From NCBI GenBank assembly GCA_965112735.1, contig OZ218950.1, positions 7,316,001 to 7,380,000 on the forward strand: DNA of 64,000 nt, written 5' to 3'. Each line of letters opens with the position of its first letter. Position 1 is the stretch's first letter. Shown piece after piece: positions 47,513 through 59,110 of the stretch. The stretch comes from Phaeosaccion multiseriatum. Taxonomy: Eukaryota; Protista; Ochrophyta, other classes. The notes below the pieces were generated by a model, which did no database searches, was not told the origin of the DNA, and saw nothing but the letters and a program-made list of their open reading frames with translations. The position numbers and the translations under genes are program-made.

Positions 47513-50500
47513 GCTCGAAGCATCCGCTCGGTTCCCTGACGAGCTTCCCCACGGCCTCTTCCAACAGCCCCAGCGGCGACGGATACACACTCGCAGACAA
47601 CGCCAGAGAGCCTGGCACCACATCGGCAGGCACGGTGAAGGAGAAGCTCGAGGAGAGGGACGATGCTGAGGCTGAGGAGGAGGAGAGTTGCCCCCCCGCG
47701 GAAAGTGTCTGAGCGATGCCCCGGGGGCGCACAGTGAGGTGCTGGTGGAGGCCGTCAGCTGCCATCTCCTCCTTTCCCCCTGTCTGGCGTCTCCTTTGCC
47801 CCGCCACGCTCACGTTAGCCAGCACACCCCCGCGGGGGAGGGCGTGAGCGGAGTCGGATAGGGGCGCTGTGATGGGCACCAACAGCGACACGAAGCGCCG
47901 CTCCCGTATCACCAAGTGCTCCTGCTGTGCGCCGACCCCTCCGGCCGCCCCTCCCCCCCCTCCTCCCCCGTCGTACCGCGCCACAAAGGTCGTGCGGCCG
48001 TCCCTCCCCCCCCCCTCCTTGTCCTCCTCTTGTCCCTTCTGCTGCTCCTGCTGCTGCCAGGAGGCGAAGGCCTGCCCCTCTCCTTCGTTGAGCCCCAGGG
48101 CCTTTCCCACCCCCCCCTCCCTCTGCAACTCGTCTTGGCTCATGAGGCCGAGAGGGCCCTCCAGCGACAGCTCAAGCTGCAGGCCGGTCAGAGGTGAAGG
48201 TGAGCCCCCCCCGCCGCTGCCGCCACGGCCCGCACAGCCACTGCCATCGTCACTGTGCTCTTCGGTCCACACCACGGGCAGCAGGACGACGTCCCCCTCA
48301 GTAAGCATGAGCGGAATCGCCGCCTCCATAACCGCTGCCTGCCTCACGAGAAGCGTCTCTGTCCCCGCCCCGAACCGCCCGCTCTCTGTGACGCAGTCCA
48401 CTTGCACTAAGAAGGCACCCAAGGCATCACTCACATCAAACTCAAACTCTACTTCCCCGTCAGGGTCAGTGAGCATCCCCGCATTATAGTACAGTGTGTC
48501 AGCGAAGTCCTGCCTGCCTCCCTGCTGCCTGCCTCCCTGCCCCCCCTCAGCCTCAAGGCGCTCAAGCAGGTCATGTCGCTTGCTCCGGTGCGCGTACACT
48601 CGGAAGTTTTTCCACTGCGGCCCCGGCAGGTGAGGTGCCGCGTCTCTTGTAGCCGGAAAAGCGGGTCTCCGCTTCGCAGCGTTCGCCCCCGCCGCGAAGG
48701 GCTCGACGTCCATGTTCACGTCCTCGTCCTCTCCCCCCTCGACGTCCTCGACCCCTTCCGCCAGCTCCCAGTCTGCCTCCACCCCCCCCTCCTCCCCCTC
48801 CTCCCCCTCCTCTACGACCATGTCCACAGGTCCTGCCTCCGCGGCCCCGGCCGCCGCTGCCATGTCCATACCATCGAGTGCCATCTCTGGCACCCCCCTG
48901 GCGGCCTCCTTGTTCATCATCATCATCAGGGGTTCTCCGTCCTCCATATCCTCCACCCCCGGGAAGGGGAAGGGGGAGCGCAGCACCTCGGTCCCCACGC
49001 CAAGCACTTTCAGCCGCGAAAATGCATCGGTAGACGTGTCTTCAGAGGCTTGCTCCTCCTCCCCTTTGTGCGCTCTCGTTCCATTCTCAATGAAATCCAT
49101 GGGAGACTCAAAGGCGAACCTCCGCCAGCCCTGTGTGTGTGTGCGTGCGTGCGTGTGTGTGTGCGTGTGTGTGTGTATGTATGTGTATGTGTGGTCAGAG
49201 CAGGCCAGAGATTCACATGCGCATGCACACGTACATCATATGGCAGCTGCTGCTCCAGCCAAGGCGACAAAGAGACCGAGAGGTCGCAGCTCTCCCGCTG
49301 AACACCCTCTCAGCCTGCCCCCCCCCCCCCCCCATCCACTGCCACCCCCGCCCCCCGAACTCCGTACCTGTGTGCCCAACAAGTGGTCCACAGCTCCCCC
49401 CCCGTCCCCTGTGTAGTCGAGCAGACTCTCCACCGAGGGGTTGATAGCTCTGATGTCGCTCTCCAGCATGGCCATAGCGTCGAGGCGGGGGGATGACAGG
49501 CCCGACAAGCGCCCCTGTCCGAGGCTGTCCATGCTCACCACCTTCCAGTTTGGGTGCCAGTTTGAGTGGTTAGCGTTAGATCATATCCATGCCAACCCCA
49601 TCCAAGGGCCTTTACTGATAAGCACAAATCACCTTGACATTGACGTGTGTGGGCGTGTGTGTGGCCTTAGCTGAGCCTAAGCCCTCATCATCATCATGAG
49701 GGTGCTGCACTGCCACAGTGAGGCGTACGCTTGTCGAGGGCCTCACAAGGAGGGGCCCCTCGCCACCCCCCTCGCCACCCTCCTCGCCACCCTCTGCATG
49801 GCCACACGCCCTTGTGAGGGGAAGCTCAACTTCCGACGAAGCACCGCCGCCGGACAGAGGGGGCCGCTCCACTTGAACTGCAGAGGACACACACGTTAGA
49901 GGCACATGGGGAGGGGCAGGCAACACGTTAGAGGCACATGGGGAGGGATGAGGTCCTGCTTCCGCTCGAGAGAGAAGCGTCACTTCATGCCGGCATTAGC
50001 GTTCACCTCATACCAGCGTTAGTAGTCACCTCATGCCAGCATTAGCCTTCACCTCATGGCAGCATTAGCATTGGACGACGCCAACGCTCTCTCTACACCC
50101 CACTCCACCACACTGCACACTGAAACTGCGCACTGCACTGCACTGCACTGTACTGTACTGTACCTGCTGTGATGCGAAGGCTCACAGAGGCGGGGGGGTG
50201 TCTGAAGACAAGCCTCTCCGCCACGGGCTTGTCGTCAGGCAGAGAGAAGAGCGTCACCCGCAGCACACCGAAAGCAGGCCCTAAAGCAGGCCCTGAGCCT
50301 GGGGAGGGCGGGGGCTCCTCCAAGATGACGAGCGTGCGATCGCCTGCTGCCAGCGAATCAGGGTCAAGGTCAGGGTCAAGGTCAGGGTCAGGGTCAGGGC
50401 GAAGGGCTACTTGATTCACTCGGGTCCCAGTGGGAGCATCAGATTGAAGGTCCCAGGACTTGAGAGACCCGTGCCAAGCTCAGAGGAGCTCAGCTCCGAG

Positions 50501-52460
50501 GAGACATTCTCGACCCTTCCTCAGACCCCCGCTGCACGACCGCACTGCACTATTGCATGGCTCAAAGCTCTGTCTAGTGCACGGCCCGCCCATACGCCTC
50601 TGCACCATCCGCCACCATCCACTACCATCCACCACCATCATCCACCACCACCCTCTACCATCCACTGCCATCCACTATCATCCACCACCATCCAGCGCCC
50701 ACCTCTGTTGTTGAGGCGCACCCTCACGGAGGCAAGCTCCTCCTCTCTTTGGTACAGCGCCACGCGGAAGAGCCCCCCGGGATTCGCCGCTGCCCATACC
50801 TCCACGGGTTTCCCTGCCGGGGTGGTGCTGGTCACGGCTTGGATCCCCGCCCCCTGGGGCTGCACGGACGGGAGGGGGATACGCTGCTGGGCCAAGTGCT
50901 TTGGTTGGCGCAGACGAAGTTCATACGGGAAGCCCGCAGACAGAGGCGTGAAGACGGAGCTCACACCCCTGCCGAAGGCCTTCGCCGTGACAGTGGCCAC
51001 ACAGCCGGGGGCGGCCCCTGCTGGTCCTTCTGGCCCTGCTGCCCCATCGTCCAGGAGAGGGGCGGAGAGAGGGCAAATGTCCGCCTCCATGTAGGCCTCG
51101 TCCCCTGCGGAGGGGTTGTTGGCGAGGGGTGGCAACAGATGGCAGCAGATTGGGGGGGGGCAAGACGCACGACAGACGAATGTACCGTCAGAGGGAAGGA
51201 TCACACTCACCCATACACCCCTGGCACTCACCCCAGGGCAGCGACGCTTCCACGTACACCCTGCCGGGCACGCCCTGCACGAGGTCCCCGCTCTCAGGGT
51301 ACACGTCCACTGCCATCGAGCGCGAGACGAGCGGCACCGTCACTGTCAGAGCCTCGGAATCACCCCCGTAAGTCGCTTTGAGCGTCAAAGTGCCCACTCC
51401 CTCGGCCCAGGACTCAGGCAGGGGCACCGACACCCTCCGGCCTCCACCCTCCCCCCCCTCGTCAGCCTCATCCTCATGGGCGTGCAGCTCGGCTCGGAAG
51501 CTCTCCTTCCCGTCCACGCGAAGCACGGCCTCGATGTTGGCTCTGAGAAGCGCCTCTGTGGGCAAATTCGCAGCCCGGAGGACGCCGATGGCCGTCTCGC
51601 CGAAGCCGTAGCTATCCTAAGGAGTCCAAAGGGCAGCACAGCACAGCATGGATGATGGTCGTCATGCCAAGTAGAGCAGACACACACAACACAAAGAGAG
51701 AGCCCCCCTAACCTGCGAAAAGTCGAGGCTGAGCACGAGTTTCCTCCTCCTTGCGCGCCGCACGAGGAAGGCTCTCTCAGCGGGTGCGAGCATGGGCCCG
51801 GCGGAGCAGCGCAGCTTGTACTCACCTCCGGACAGGTCTGGCGCAAGCATCACATGCAGCACATGGACGAAACGGTAAGCGCACGGAATTATTGGACTTG
51901 AACACGTGCCATGCCAGCTCTCCCTTTTGCTGACCTTGAGGTATTTCCCAGCGCAGCCCACTGGACGCTCCGCTCGCCCCACCCTTGCGCGGTTGCCCCC
52001 ACAGCCTGACATCTTTCTCGCCCCCCTCCCTTGTTGCCCCTCCTCTCCGGCCCCTGCGCAGAGGGTACAGGTTGGCCTCCACCTGCCCCAGAGGCCCCTC
52101 AACGGTGCAGCCGCCCGTAGGCTCCGATCGGTACCGCCCCCCCGCCGTGGCGAGCACCGGGCGGTGGGCCAGAGTGAGGGTCAGGGTCTGCGCGAGCAGG
52201 ACCTCCCCGGGGCGGTAGCTTGGCCTATCAGTGGAAATGTGCTGAATAGCCCGATCGGAAGAGTTGCCGTACTTCTCGTGAAAGTCGTGAAGCTTGTCCA
52301 GCCCCCGAGGGGGGTTCTGCCCAAAGATCATCTGCCCCAGGAAAGTGGCCACCCCAGCTGAGGGAGGAGCGCTGGCGAACCTGGTGCCCATCCAGAAGGA
52401 GCTGAGTGACACCAAGGCCAGGGCGATCACCGCCCCGAGCAGGAGCGACCTGCCGCCCAT
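44713..52460 (-). CDS. Alpha-2-macroglobulin / thioester-containing protein of bacterial type, about 13 exons, N-terminal signal or anchor
   Basis: Spliced motifs: [13 protein letters not shown] (MG2), [28 protein letters not shown]|GWRRF, an acidic bait-like linker, [24 protein letters not shown]|TSATTYP (thioester), [48 protein letters not shown] and [15 protein letters not shown]. Stop at 44713. Confidence 0.9.
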
Positions 52461-52856
52461 CTTCCCCACACCTGCCTCTGGAGTTCCCCTGGTTGAACAA
52501 CGGGGGGCAATCTTCCTCCCTTCAGGACCTCGCCATGAGCCAGACTGCTGCAGTCACCACAGTGTTAGAGGAAGCTCAGCCTACCCAAGCCATAAACAGA
52601 GAGGGCGGTCAGCCGCGAGGGAAGAAGGGAGAAGATGAAAGACGGGACCGAGCTCCGATAACTCATCCGACCCTTTTTTTTACTTTTATGTTCTTTGTTG
52701 TGTTGTTGTTTTTCCCCCCTCCATCCCATCCTTTCACATCATCAGCTCCGTTTCCTCTGCGGGAGAGAAGAAACGACACGCATTCGTAAAGAACCTCGTG
52801 CTTTATCTAGGCGGTCTCTGTTGTGGTGAGGGTGAGAGGAGCCAGAGCCCTGTTGT

Positions 52857-54566
52857 ATGGTCCCTGCAATGACGGGAATGGGGTGGCCTTGTGGTGTGGA
52901 GGCGCCCAAGCTCTGCCGCAGCACAGTTGGAGCAGCGTTTGTGCTCAGCGGTCCTAGCTTGTTTACGAGAAAGAGCAAGAGGGACAGCGGTAGCGGTAGC
53001 AGCAGCAGGAGGGGCGCGGTGTATGGCAAGGATAGCAAGAGCAGGCGTGAATGGGGGGGGGAGTGGGAGGGCTGGGGGAACGGGCAGAAGGCGGCCGCCT
53101 TTGTCCAAGCGGCGGCACCAGTTGGAGCCGCGGCCACGGCAGCGGAGCTGTTGAAGAAGCGGCAGGTGGGGCTGGTGAAGGAGATTCAGCGGCTGGGGGG
53201 CGGCAAGAAGAGCGGCAGGAAGGGGAAGGACCCAGTGGTGGAGGCGCTTGAGAGGGCCAAGCAGGCAGGGCTCCCGCTCAACACCATCATCTACAACGCA
53301 GCCATCCGCCAGAGCGGTAGCTGGGCGGCATCTCTCGCCCTTCTGCAGGAGCTCAAAGACCACGCAGAGCTTAAACCAGACATTATTAGCTTCGGCTCGG
53401 CCCTGGTGGCGTGCAGCTTGGCGGGGCGCTGGGAGGAGAGTGAGGGGCTGCTGACGGAAATGGAGAAGGAGCACGGGCTGCAGCCAGACGTGCGCTGCTA
53501 CACGTCCCTCATGGCGGCCTACAGCACAGCAGGCAGGTACGACGCCGCGCTAGGCGTATTGGCCACAATGGTGGAGGAGAAGGGACTCAAACCGGATATT
53601 GTCGCGTACAACACCGCCATCACGGCCTCGGGGCAAGCGGGCAGGCCGGACAGGGCCCTGCAGGTGGTGCAAGAGATGGAGCAAAGGGGGCTCAAGCTCA
53701 ATGTCATCTCGTACAGCGCTCTCGTGACGGCTTACGGGAACGCCGGGCAGCACGAGAAGGCCCTTCAGGTAGTGAAGGAGGACATGAAAAGCGCGGGGCT
53801 CAGACCTGACGTCATCACCTACGGGGCCCTCCTATCTGCTTGCGGGAAGGCAGGGGCCCTGACGGCCGCGCGAGACGTGCTGGCGGAGATGCGAGAGAGA
53901 GGGCCCCGCCCTAATGCGGCGTGTCACGTGGCGCTCGTGAGTGCGTGTGTGCGTGCGGGGCAGCTGGATGACGCGGTAACAGCCTGGAGGGGGATGGCAG
54001 CCGAGGGGGGGGGGCTTCTGCCCGACCTCTCTGCGTGCGCCTCTCTCGTGAGTGCGTTGGGCAAGGCGGGTCGCCACGCAGACGGCTTGGAGCTGCTCCG
54101 AGAGGCGCTGAGGTTGGGCTTGAGGCCGGACATGGCGTGCTTCAACAATGCCCTCTTCGCGTGTGGTAAAGCAGGGGACGTGGACGCTTGTTTGTCGGTG
54201 CTAAGAGACATGAAGGCGGAGGGGCGAGTGGAGCCTGATGCGGGGTCTTTGAGCTCCCTGCTCATGGCGTGCGGGAGGGCGGGATCTGCGCAGAAGGCAC
54301 TCAATGTGTTCCGCAAGATGAGAAGCGCGGGCCTCACACCGAGAGAGACCGCATACAACGCGCTGCTGCTGGCCCTGGCAGAGGCTCTGGAGGGGGGGGG
54401 GGAGGGCAGGGGCAAGATGCGCCTCGTGGCAGGGGAGGTCGTGAAGGACATGAAGAGAGTGGGCTTTAAGCCCAGCACTGCAGTGAGCACCGCTTTCGAG
54501 GGAGCGGGCATGCCGCTGGGGCAGGAGGAGAAGGGGGACGAGGAGGAGGAGGAACCAAGCCCGTGA
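52857..54566 (+). CDS. Single-exon P-type PPR protein (about 10 repeats)
   Basis: 569-aa ORF with tandem PPRs (PDVRCYTSLMAAYS, PDIVAYNTAITASG, LNVISYSALVTAYG, PDVITYGALLSACG). The exact start is uncertain. Confidence 0.92.
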   Translation: MVPAMTGMGWPCGVEAPKLCRSTVGAAFVLSGPSLFTRKSKRDSGSGSSSRRGAVYGKDSKSRREWGGEWEGWGNGQKAAAFVQAAAPVGAAATAAELLKKRQVGLVKEIQRLGGGKKSGRKGKDPVVEALERAKQAGLPLNTIIYNAAIRQSGSWAASLALLQELKDHAELKPDIISFGSALVACSLAGRWEESEGLLTEMEKEHGLQPDVRCYTSLMAAYSTAGRYDAALGVLATMVEEKGLKPDIVAYNTAITASGQAGRPDRALQVVQEMEQRGLKLNVISYSALVTAYGNAGQHEKALQVVKEDMKSAGLRPDVITYGALLSACGKAGALTAARDVLAEMRERGPRPNAACHVALVSACVRAGQLDDAVTAWRGMAAEGGGLLPDLSACASLVSALGKAGRHADGLELLREALRLGLRPDMACFNNALFACGKAGDVDACLSVLRDMKAEGRVEPDAGSLSSLLMACGRAGSAQKALNVFRKMRSAGLTPRETAYNALLLALAEALEGGGEGRGKMRLVAGEVVKDMKRVGFKPSTAVSTAFEGAGMPLGQEEKGDEEEEEPSP

Positions 54567-55590
54567 ATGAAGGAAAATGCAGTGAATCAATTATTAATGC
54601 AATGAAGCAGAGTTCTTTCCACAAAGAGCTTCGGGGAGAGAAGTGGCGGCGTCAGCGTGCAGCGCTATTGTTTTGCTCCACTCCTGCGAAGTGCGTGGCC
54701 CCTGCATGTCCTCTGCTGCGCTGTGCCTTCCTTCGTACTCTGCTGGCTTTGCGTGCCTTCATCGGCATTCACGAACAAGGGAATCACAGAGGAATGGAAG
54801 GACCTCCCTCCCCGACTCCCTCCCTCCCTCCCTCTCTGTTGGGAGTCTCGTGCCCCTCCTGCGGGGCTGCTCGTCCTTCGTTGGAGGCTCGGAGCTGCTG
54901 CCTCCTTGCCTCTCACAGCTGCTACTGCTTTCTAAAGGGCCAGACACGCCACAGGGGGCCCTTCTCCACTCCTTTCTCATCTCTTTAGCTCTGTCCATGC
55001 CGCGCAACATGAATGGTGTGCGGCCATGATTGGCATGATTGGGTCCCTGTTGGGCCCCTGCTTAGGCTCTTCCCTTCCACCCCGCTCAGACCGGCTGCAG
55101 CCGCGCCTCCCTTGACTCCTGCGGGGAGTGCATATGTCTGTCTTGAGCGGACGAGTGAGCGAACGAGTGAGTGGGCGGACGCCAGACGCCTCGATGCCCC
55201 TCCTCTTGATATCACCGGCCCTGCCCTGCCCGAGAGAGAGTGAGAGTCGCGCTGCACAGCCTTCTCTGGCCTTGCGCCTTTCCTTCCGTGGTGCGGAGAC
55301 TGTGTACGGTGCAGTCGGCCGGCAAGAGAGAGCCCAGGGCCAACAGATACCCTATACCCATACACTACCCACATGGGGGCCAAGAGGGGGAGGGAGAGGG
55401 AGGAGCATCTTGGAAGCGAGGCTGCTGAGCCGAGCAGGCAGCACCTCTCACTCTGCCGCAAGCCCACGGCCTACCCGGGCTCTCCTCTCATTGCCTCTCG
55501 TGAGGACGCTGCCATGGTATCTAAAGCACGCGTGTGTCTAAACCCCATCGCGCTTCACCTCCACCTGCTGCTACTGCCATCGGGCTACCG

Positions 55591-56499
55591 CTACTCTCCC
55601 TCGTCCTCCTCCTTGCCCTGCTCCTCCTCCTCCTGGACGGGCTGTAAATCCCGAACGGCCTCTCTCAGCACGCTGTCCACGCACCGCCGCGCCATGCCCG
55701 GTTGAGGGAACATGGCAGAGGTGGCCTGGATTGCCGAGCTGCGTACGCACGCCACATCCACGCCCTCTACCCCGTCCCCATCTGCGGCTGCTGACCCGGA
55801 AACACGTGACATACACTTGTCGATCCACGAGCCAAAGGCGGACAATTTGGTCCTGTCCACACGGCACTCCGCCTCCCTCGCCGCTCGCACCTCGCTGTAG
55901 GCCAGCTGTGTGCAGCTGCGGAGGTCTCTCTTCCCCACGCAAATGTCGTAGGCGTGAACGAGCTCGTGGGTGAGCGCCTCCTCCATCTCGCGTCTGTTCT
56001 GGAGGCGGTTGGCACAGAGCGTAATCTCCATGGGCCCCACCTCGAGCAAGGCTCTGGCCGTGCCCTCCGCACCGTCCTCGGAGCAGACGGCGCAGCGAAT
56101 GGGCAACTCGCTCTCGCAGTTGAACAGTTCTGCCGCGGAGCCTACAAAAGCACCGCCAGATCTCACGGCTGCAAAGGGATTCATCTCTCCCTCGCCCTGC
56201 TGCAGCGCTTCCTTTTGCTGCGCCCCGTCTGCTGCTGCCGTTGCTGTTGCTGCTGCTGCTGCTCCTGCTACCGCTGCTCTTCCTCGTGCTGCAGGATTCA
56301 AGCCTGAATGCAAAGAGGTCCTTGCCACCCCTGGTCCTTCCCTGCTGGTGCTGCTGGAGCTGCTCAGGCCTGCGGCCTGCGCGCGCTCCCTAGCTCTCTG
56401 CATGGCGTCGTACAGCTGTTTGCACCGCCCCGGCGCTCGCCGGCCTTCCATCTGATCCATGATGACCTTCAGTGAGGCCTCGCACGTATCGCAGTCCAT
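55591..56499 (-). CDS. ATP23: Mitochondrial inner-membrane metalloprotease ATP23 (peptidase M76)
   Basis: ITLCANRL..MEEALTHELVHAYD (HExxH), CTQLAYSEVRAA and CVRSSAIQAT...CVDSV. Single exon with Ala/Ser-rich insertions. Confidence 0.88.
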   Translation of the reverse strand: MDCDTCEASLKVIMDQMEGRRAPGRCKQLYDAMQRARERAQAAGLSSSSSTSREGPGVARTSLHSGLNPAARGRAAVAGAAAAATATAAADGAQQKEALQQGEGEMNPFAAVRSGGAFVGSAAELFNCESELPIRCAVCSEDGAEGTARALLEVGPMEITLCANRLQNRREMEEALTHELVHAYDICVGKRDLRSCTQLAYSEVRAAREAECRVDRTKLSAFGSWIDKCMSRVSGSAAADGDGVEGVDVACVRSSAIQATSAMFPQPGMARRCVDSVLREAVRDLQPVQEEEEQGKEEDEGE

Positions 56500-57249
56500 T
56501 GTGCAATGGACTAATTAAGGGGGGGCGGCGAGAGCGCCAGCCTTCAGGCTGACATCGTTTTTTTTTTATGTTGTGTTTCGCCAACACTCTTTGGACCCAG
56601 TCCTTCGCCCTTTTATACACTTACTACTTGCTTCTCCCTCGAAAAGGAGCAGGGTTTCCAGATGCCAGACCAAGCCAGATGGAGATGCGCAAGGAAGGAA
56701 AAATCAGTTTCAGTTTCACGGCTGGTTCGCCTCCATTATTCCAATCTCCCCCCCTTGAGAGCTGGTCCGAGGCCGCCAAAGCAATAGACGCATTGGTGTG
56801 CGTCAGGATGCCCTCCCAACTCACTGCTGGGCCTACCTGTTAGGCGGGCGATTGGTTTCGCCCCCGGCGGATTCGTTCGCCCCTCATCCCCCCCCCCCCC
56901 GTTTATCACGTGCTCTGTAGGAAGCCCTGGGAACTGCACGGACAAGGCCCTGTCTTTCAGCCGTGACACGGGGGGGAGAGGGGGGAAGGAGCGACTCAGA
57001 GCTGGTGTGCGGTGCATGGGCGCAGTGCCGATATCTTTTGAGGTGCATTTTTATTCTTTGGTGGGGCATAGTAGGGCGACAAAAGAGAAAGAGGAGAGAG
57101 GCGGGGAGGTGAAGAGGAGGGGAGGGCAAGATAGAGAAGAGGGTGAGTAGAGGAGGGGCAGCTAGAGTAGGGGGGGAAGACGGAAAAAGGGCGAGAGAGA
57201 CATACGAGGGAGACGGGGGGAGAAGAGTGGAAGGGCGATCGGTGCGAAA

Positions 57250-58866
57250 ATGCCACGGAAGAGGTGCCCGTGCAGTGTCGAGGGATGCAACAAGCAGCAG
57301 GTCCAAGGTGGAATATGCGTCGGTCACGGAGCTGTGGGCAGGAGGTGTTCTGTGGAGGGGTGTGAGAAACATCGTGTCCAAGGAGGGCTTTGTGTTGCTC
57401 ATGGTGCTGTGGTGAAGAGGTGTACTACTGAGGGCTGCGAGAAACAGCAGGTGCAAGGAGGACTCTGCGTTGGCCACGGAGCGGTGGTGAAGAGGTGCAC
57501 TGCTGAGGGGGGTTGTGAGAAGCAGCAGGTCCAAGGAGGTCTCTGCGTGGGTCACGGGGCAGTGCTCAAAAGATGTACGGTGGACGGGTGCGAGAAGCAT
57601 CGGATCCAAGGAGGACTCTGCGTTGGTCACGGGGCAGTGATCGTGGTCAAGAGGTGCACTGCTGAAGGGTGTAAGAAGCTGCAGGTCCATGGAGGGCTTT
57701 GTGTTGCTCATGGTGCTGTGGTCAAAAGATGTACTTGTGAGGGGTGTGACAAGCAGCAGGTGCAAGGAGGACTCTGTGTGGGCCACGGGGCTGTGATCAA
57801 GAAGGTTGAGAAAGCTGAGGCAGATGCGAAGGGTGCGAATGGTGCGATTGGTGAGAAGCGTCCACCCAAGAAGCGGGACTATGGAGCTGGGGGTAAGCGG
57901 TGCGCTGTGGAGGGGTGTCAGAAGCATCGGGTCCAAGCCGGACTTTGCGTGAGCCATGGCGCCGTGAAACTGCGCAAGAGGTGTACTGTGGACGGATGCG
58001 AGAAGCATCGGATCCAAGGCGGACTCTGCATGGCTCATGGAGCAGTGGTCAAGAGGTGCACTGTGGAGGGGTGTCAGAAGCTCCAGGTCCAAGGAGGGCT
58101 CTGCATTGGCCACGGCGCGGTGGTCAAGAGGTGCACTGCTGAGGGGTGTGAGAGGCAGCAGGTCCAAGGAGGGCTGTGCATTGGTCACGGAGCTGTTGGC
58201 AGGTGGTGTGAGAAGTATCCGGCCAAATCAGGCCTCGGAGCTGTGAAACCGCGTAAGAAGTGTACATTTGAGGGCTGTGAGAAGCAACCGCAGCAGGGAG
58301 GGCTTTGCGTGGGGCACGGAGGTGTGAAGAAGCACAGGAGGTGCACTGTGGAGGGCTGTGAGAAGCAGTCGAAGCAGGGGGGATTGTGTGTGTCCCATGG
58401 AGCTGTGGTCAAGAGGTGCTCTGTGGAGGGGTGCCAGAAGAAGGCAAAGCAGGGAGGGCTGTGCGTGGGGCACGGAGCCGTGGGCAAAAAGTGCTCTGTT
58501 GAGGGCTGCGAGAAGCACCGGGTCAATGGAGGAGTCTGCATTGGCCATGGCGCAGTGATTGTGGTCAAGAGGTGCAGCGAGGTGGGATGTGAGAAGCAGA
58601 CCCAGAGTGGGTGTGGTGGGATGTGCAGGCGCCACGCTCGAATGAAGATGGAGCAAGGCAGGAAGGAGGAGGAGCTGCTTGCCCAGAGGGCGCTTGCGCT
58701 CAAGCGAGGAGCTGACACCGACATGAATGGGGAAGGAGGGAAGAGGGCAAGGTTTGCCCCTCCACATGAGGGAGGAGAGGGAGAGCAGCGACAGGAGGAA
58801 GTGGTGGACGCAGAGGACGAGGAGCTGGGAGCAAGCTTGCTCGTCGGGCTGCGGCTCAGGAGATAG
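57250..58866 (+). CDS. Cys3His zinc-finger array protein (WRKY19-like repeat, no WRKY domain), 16 repeats
   Basis: 16 units of C-x2-[ED]GC-x-K-x4-GG-x-C-x2-HG, basic NLS-like linkers and an acidic C-terminus ending ELGASLLVGLRLRR. Confidence 0.9.
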   Translation: MPRKRCPCSVEGCNKQQVQGGICVGHGAVGRRCSVEGCEKHRVQGGLCVAHGAVVKRCTTEGCEKQQVQGGLCVGHGAVVKRCTAEGGCEKQQVQGGLCVGHGAVLKRCTVDGCEKHRIQGGLCVGHGAVIVVKRCTAEGCKKLQVHGGLCVAHGAVVKRCTCEGCDKQQVQGGLCVGHGAVIKKVEKAEADAKGANGAIGEKRPPKKRDYGAGGKRCAVEGCQKHRVQAGLCVSHGAVKLRKRCTVDGCEKHRIQGGLCMAHGAVVKRCTVEGCQKLQVQGGLCIGHGAVVKRCTAEGCERQQVQGGLCIGHGAVGRWCEKYPAKSGLGAVKPRKKCTFEGCEKQPQQGGLCVGHGGVKKHRRCTVEGCEKQSKQGGLCVSHGAVVKRCSVEGCQKKAKQGGLCVGHGAVGKKCSVEGCEKHRVNGGVCIGHGAVIVVKRCSEVGCEKQTQSGCGGMCRRHARMKMEQGRKEEELLAQRALALKRGADTDMNGEGGKRARFAPPHEGGEGEQRQEEVVDAEDEELGASLLVGLRLRR

Positions 58867-58869
58867 GGA

Positions 58870-59110
58870 CCTGGGCTGGAGTAAAGTGCTGCTCCTTCTC
58901 CTGCTGCTGCAGCTGCTGCCCCACTGCGGTGTGCGCACGAACAGCAAGAGGGTCAGTGCGGAGAGCCCGATGCTCGGGAGGAGGAGGGGGGATGATGATG
59001 GTGATGGATGAGGAGAAGTGGGCGGTGCTGGAGGGGAGCGTGGTTGCGGCGAGTGAGAGCAAGCGGCGGGGATGGAAGGCGCAGCGAGCTTGTGGAGAGC
59101 TCTGCTAATC
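58870..59110 (+). repeat. Dispersed repeat family, copy B (3' of finger gene 1)
   Basis: Shares the core with 4868-4916 and is near-identical to copy C. Confidence 0.8.

Noticed and set aside
57250-58866. True WRKY transcription factor
   Set aside because: There is no WRKYGQK heptapeptide; only the accessory Cys3His repeat is present.
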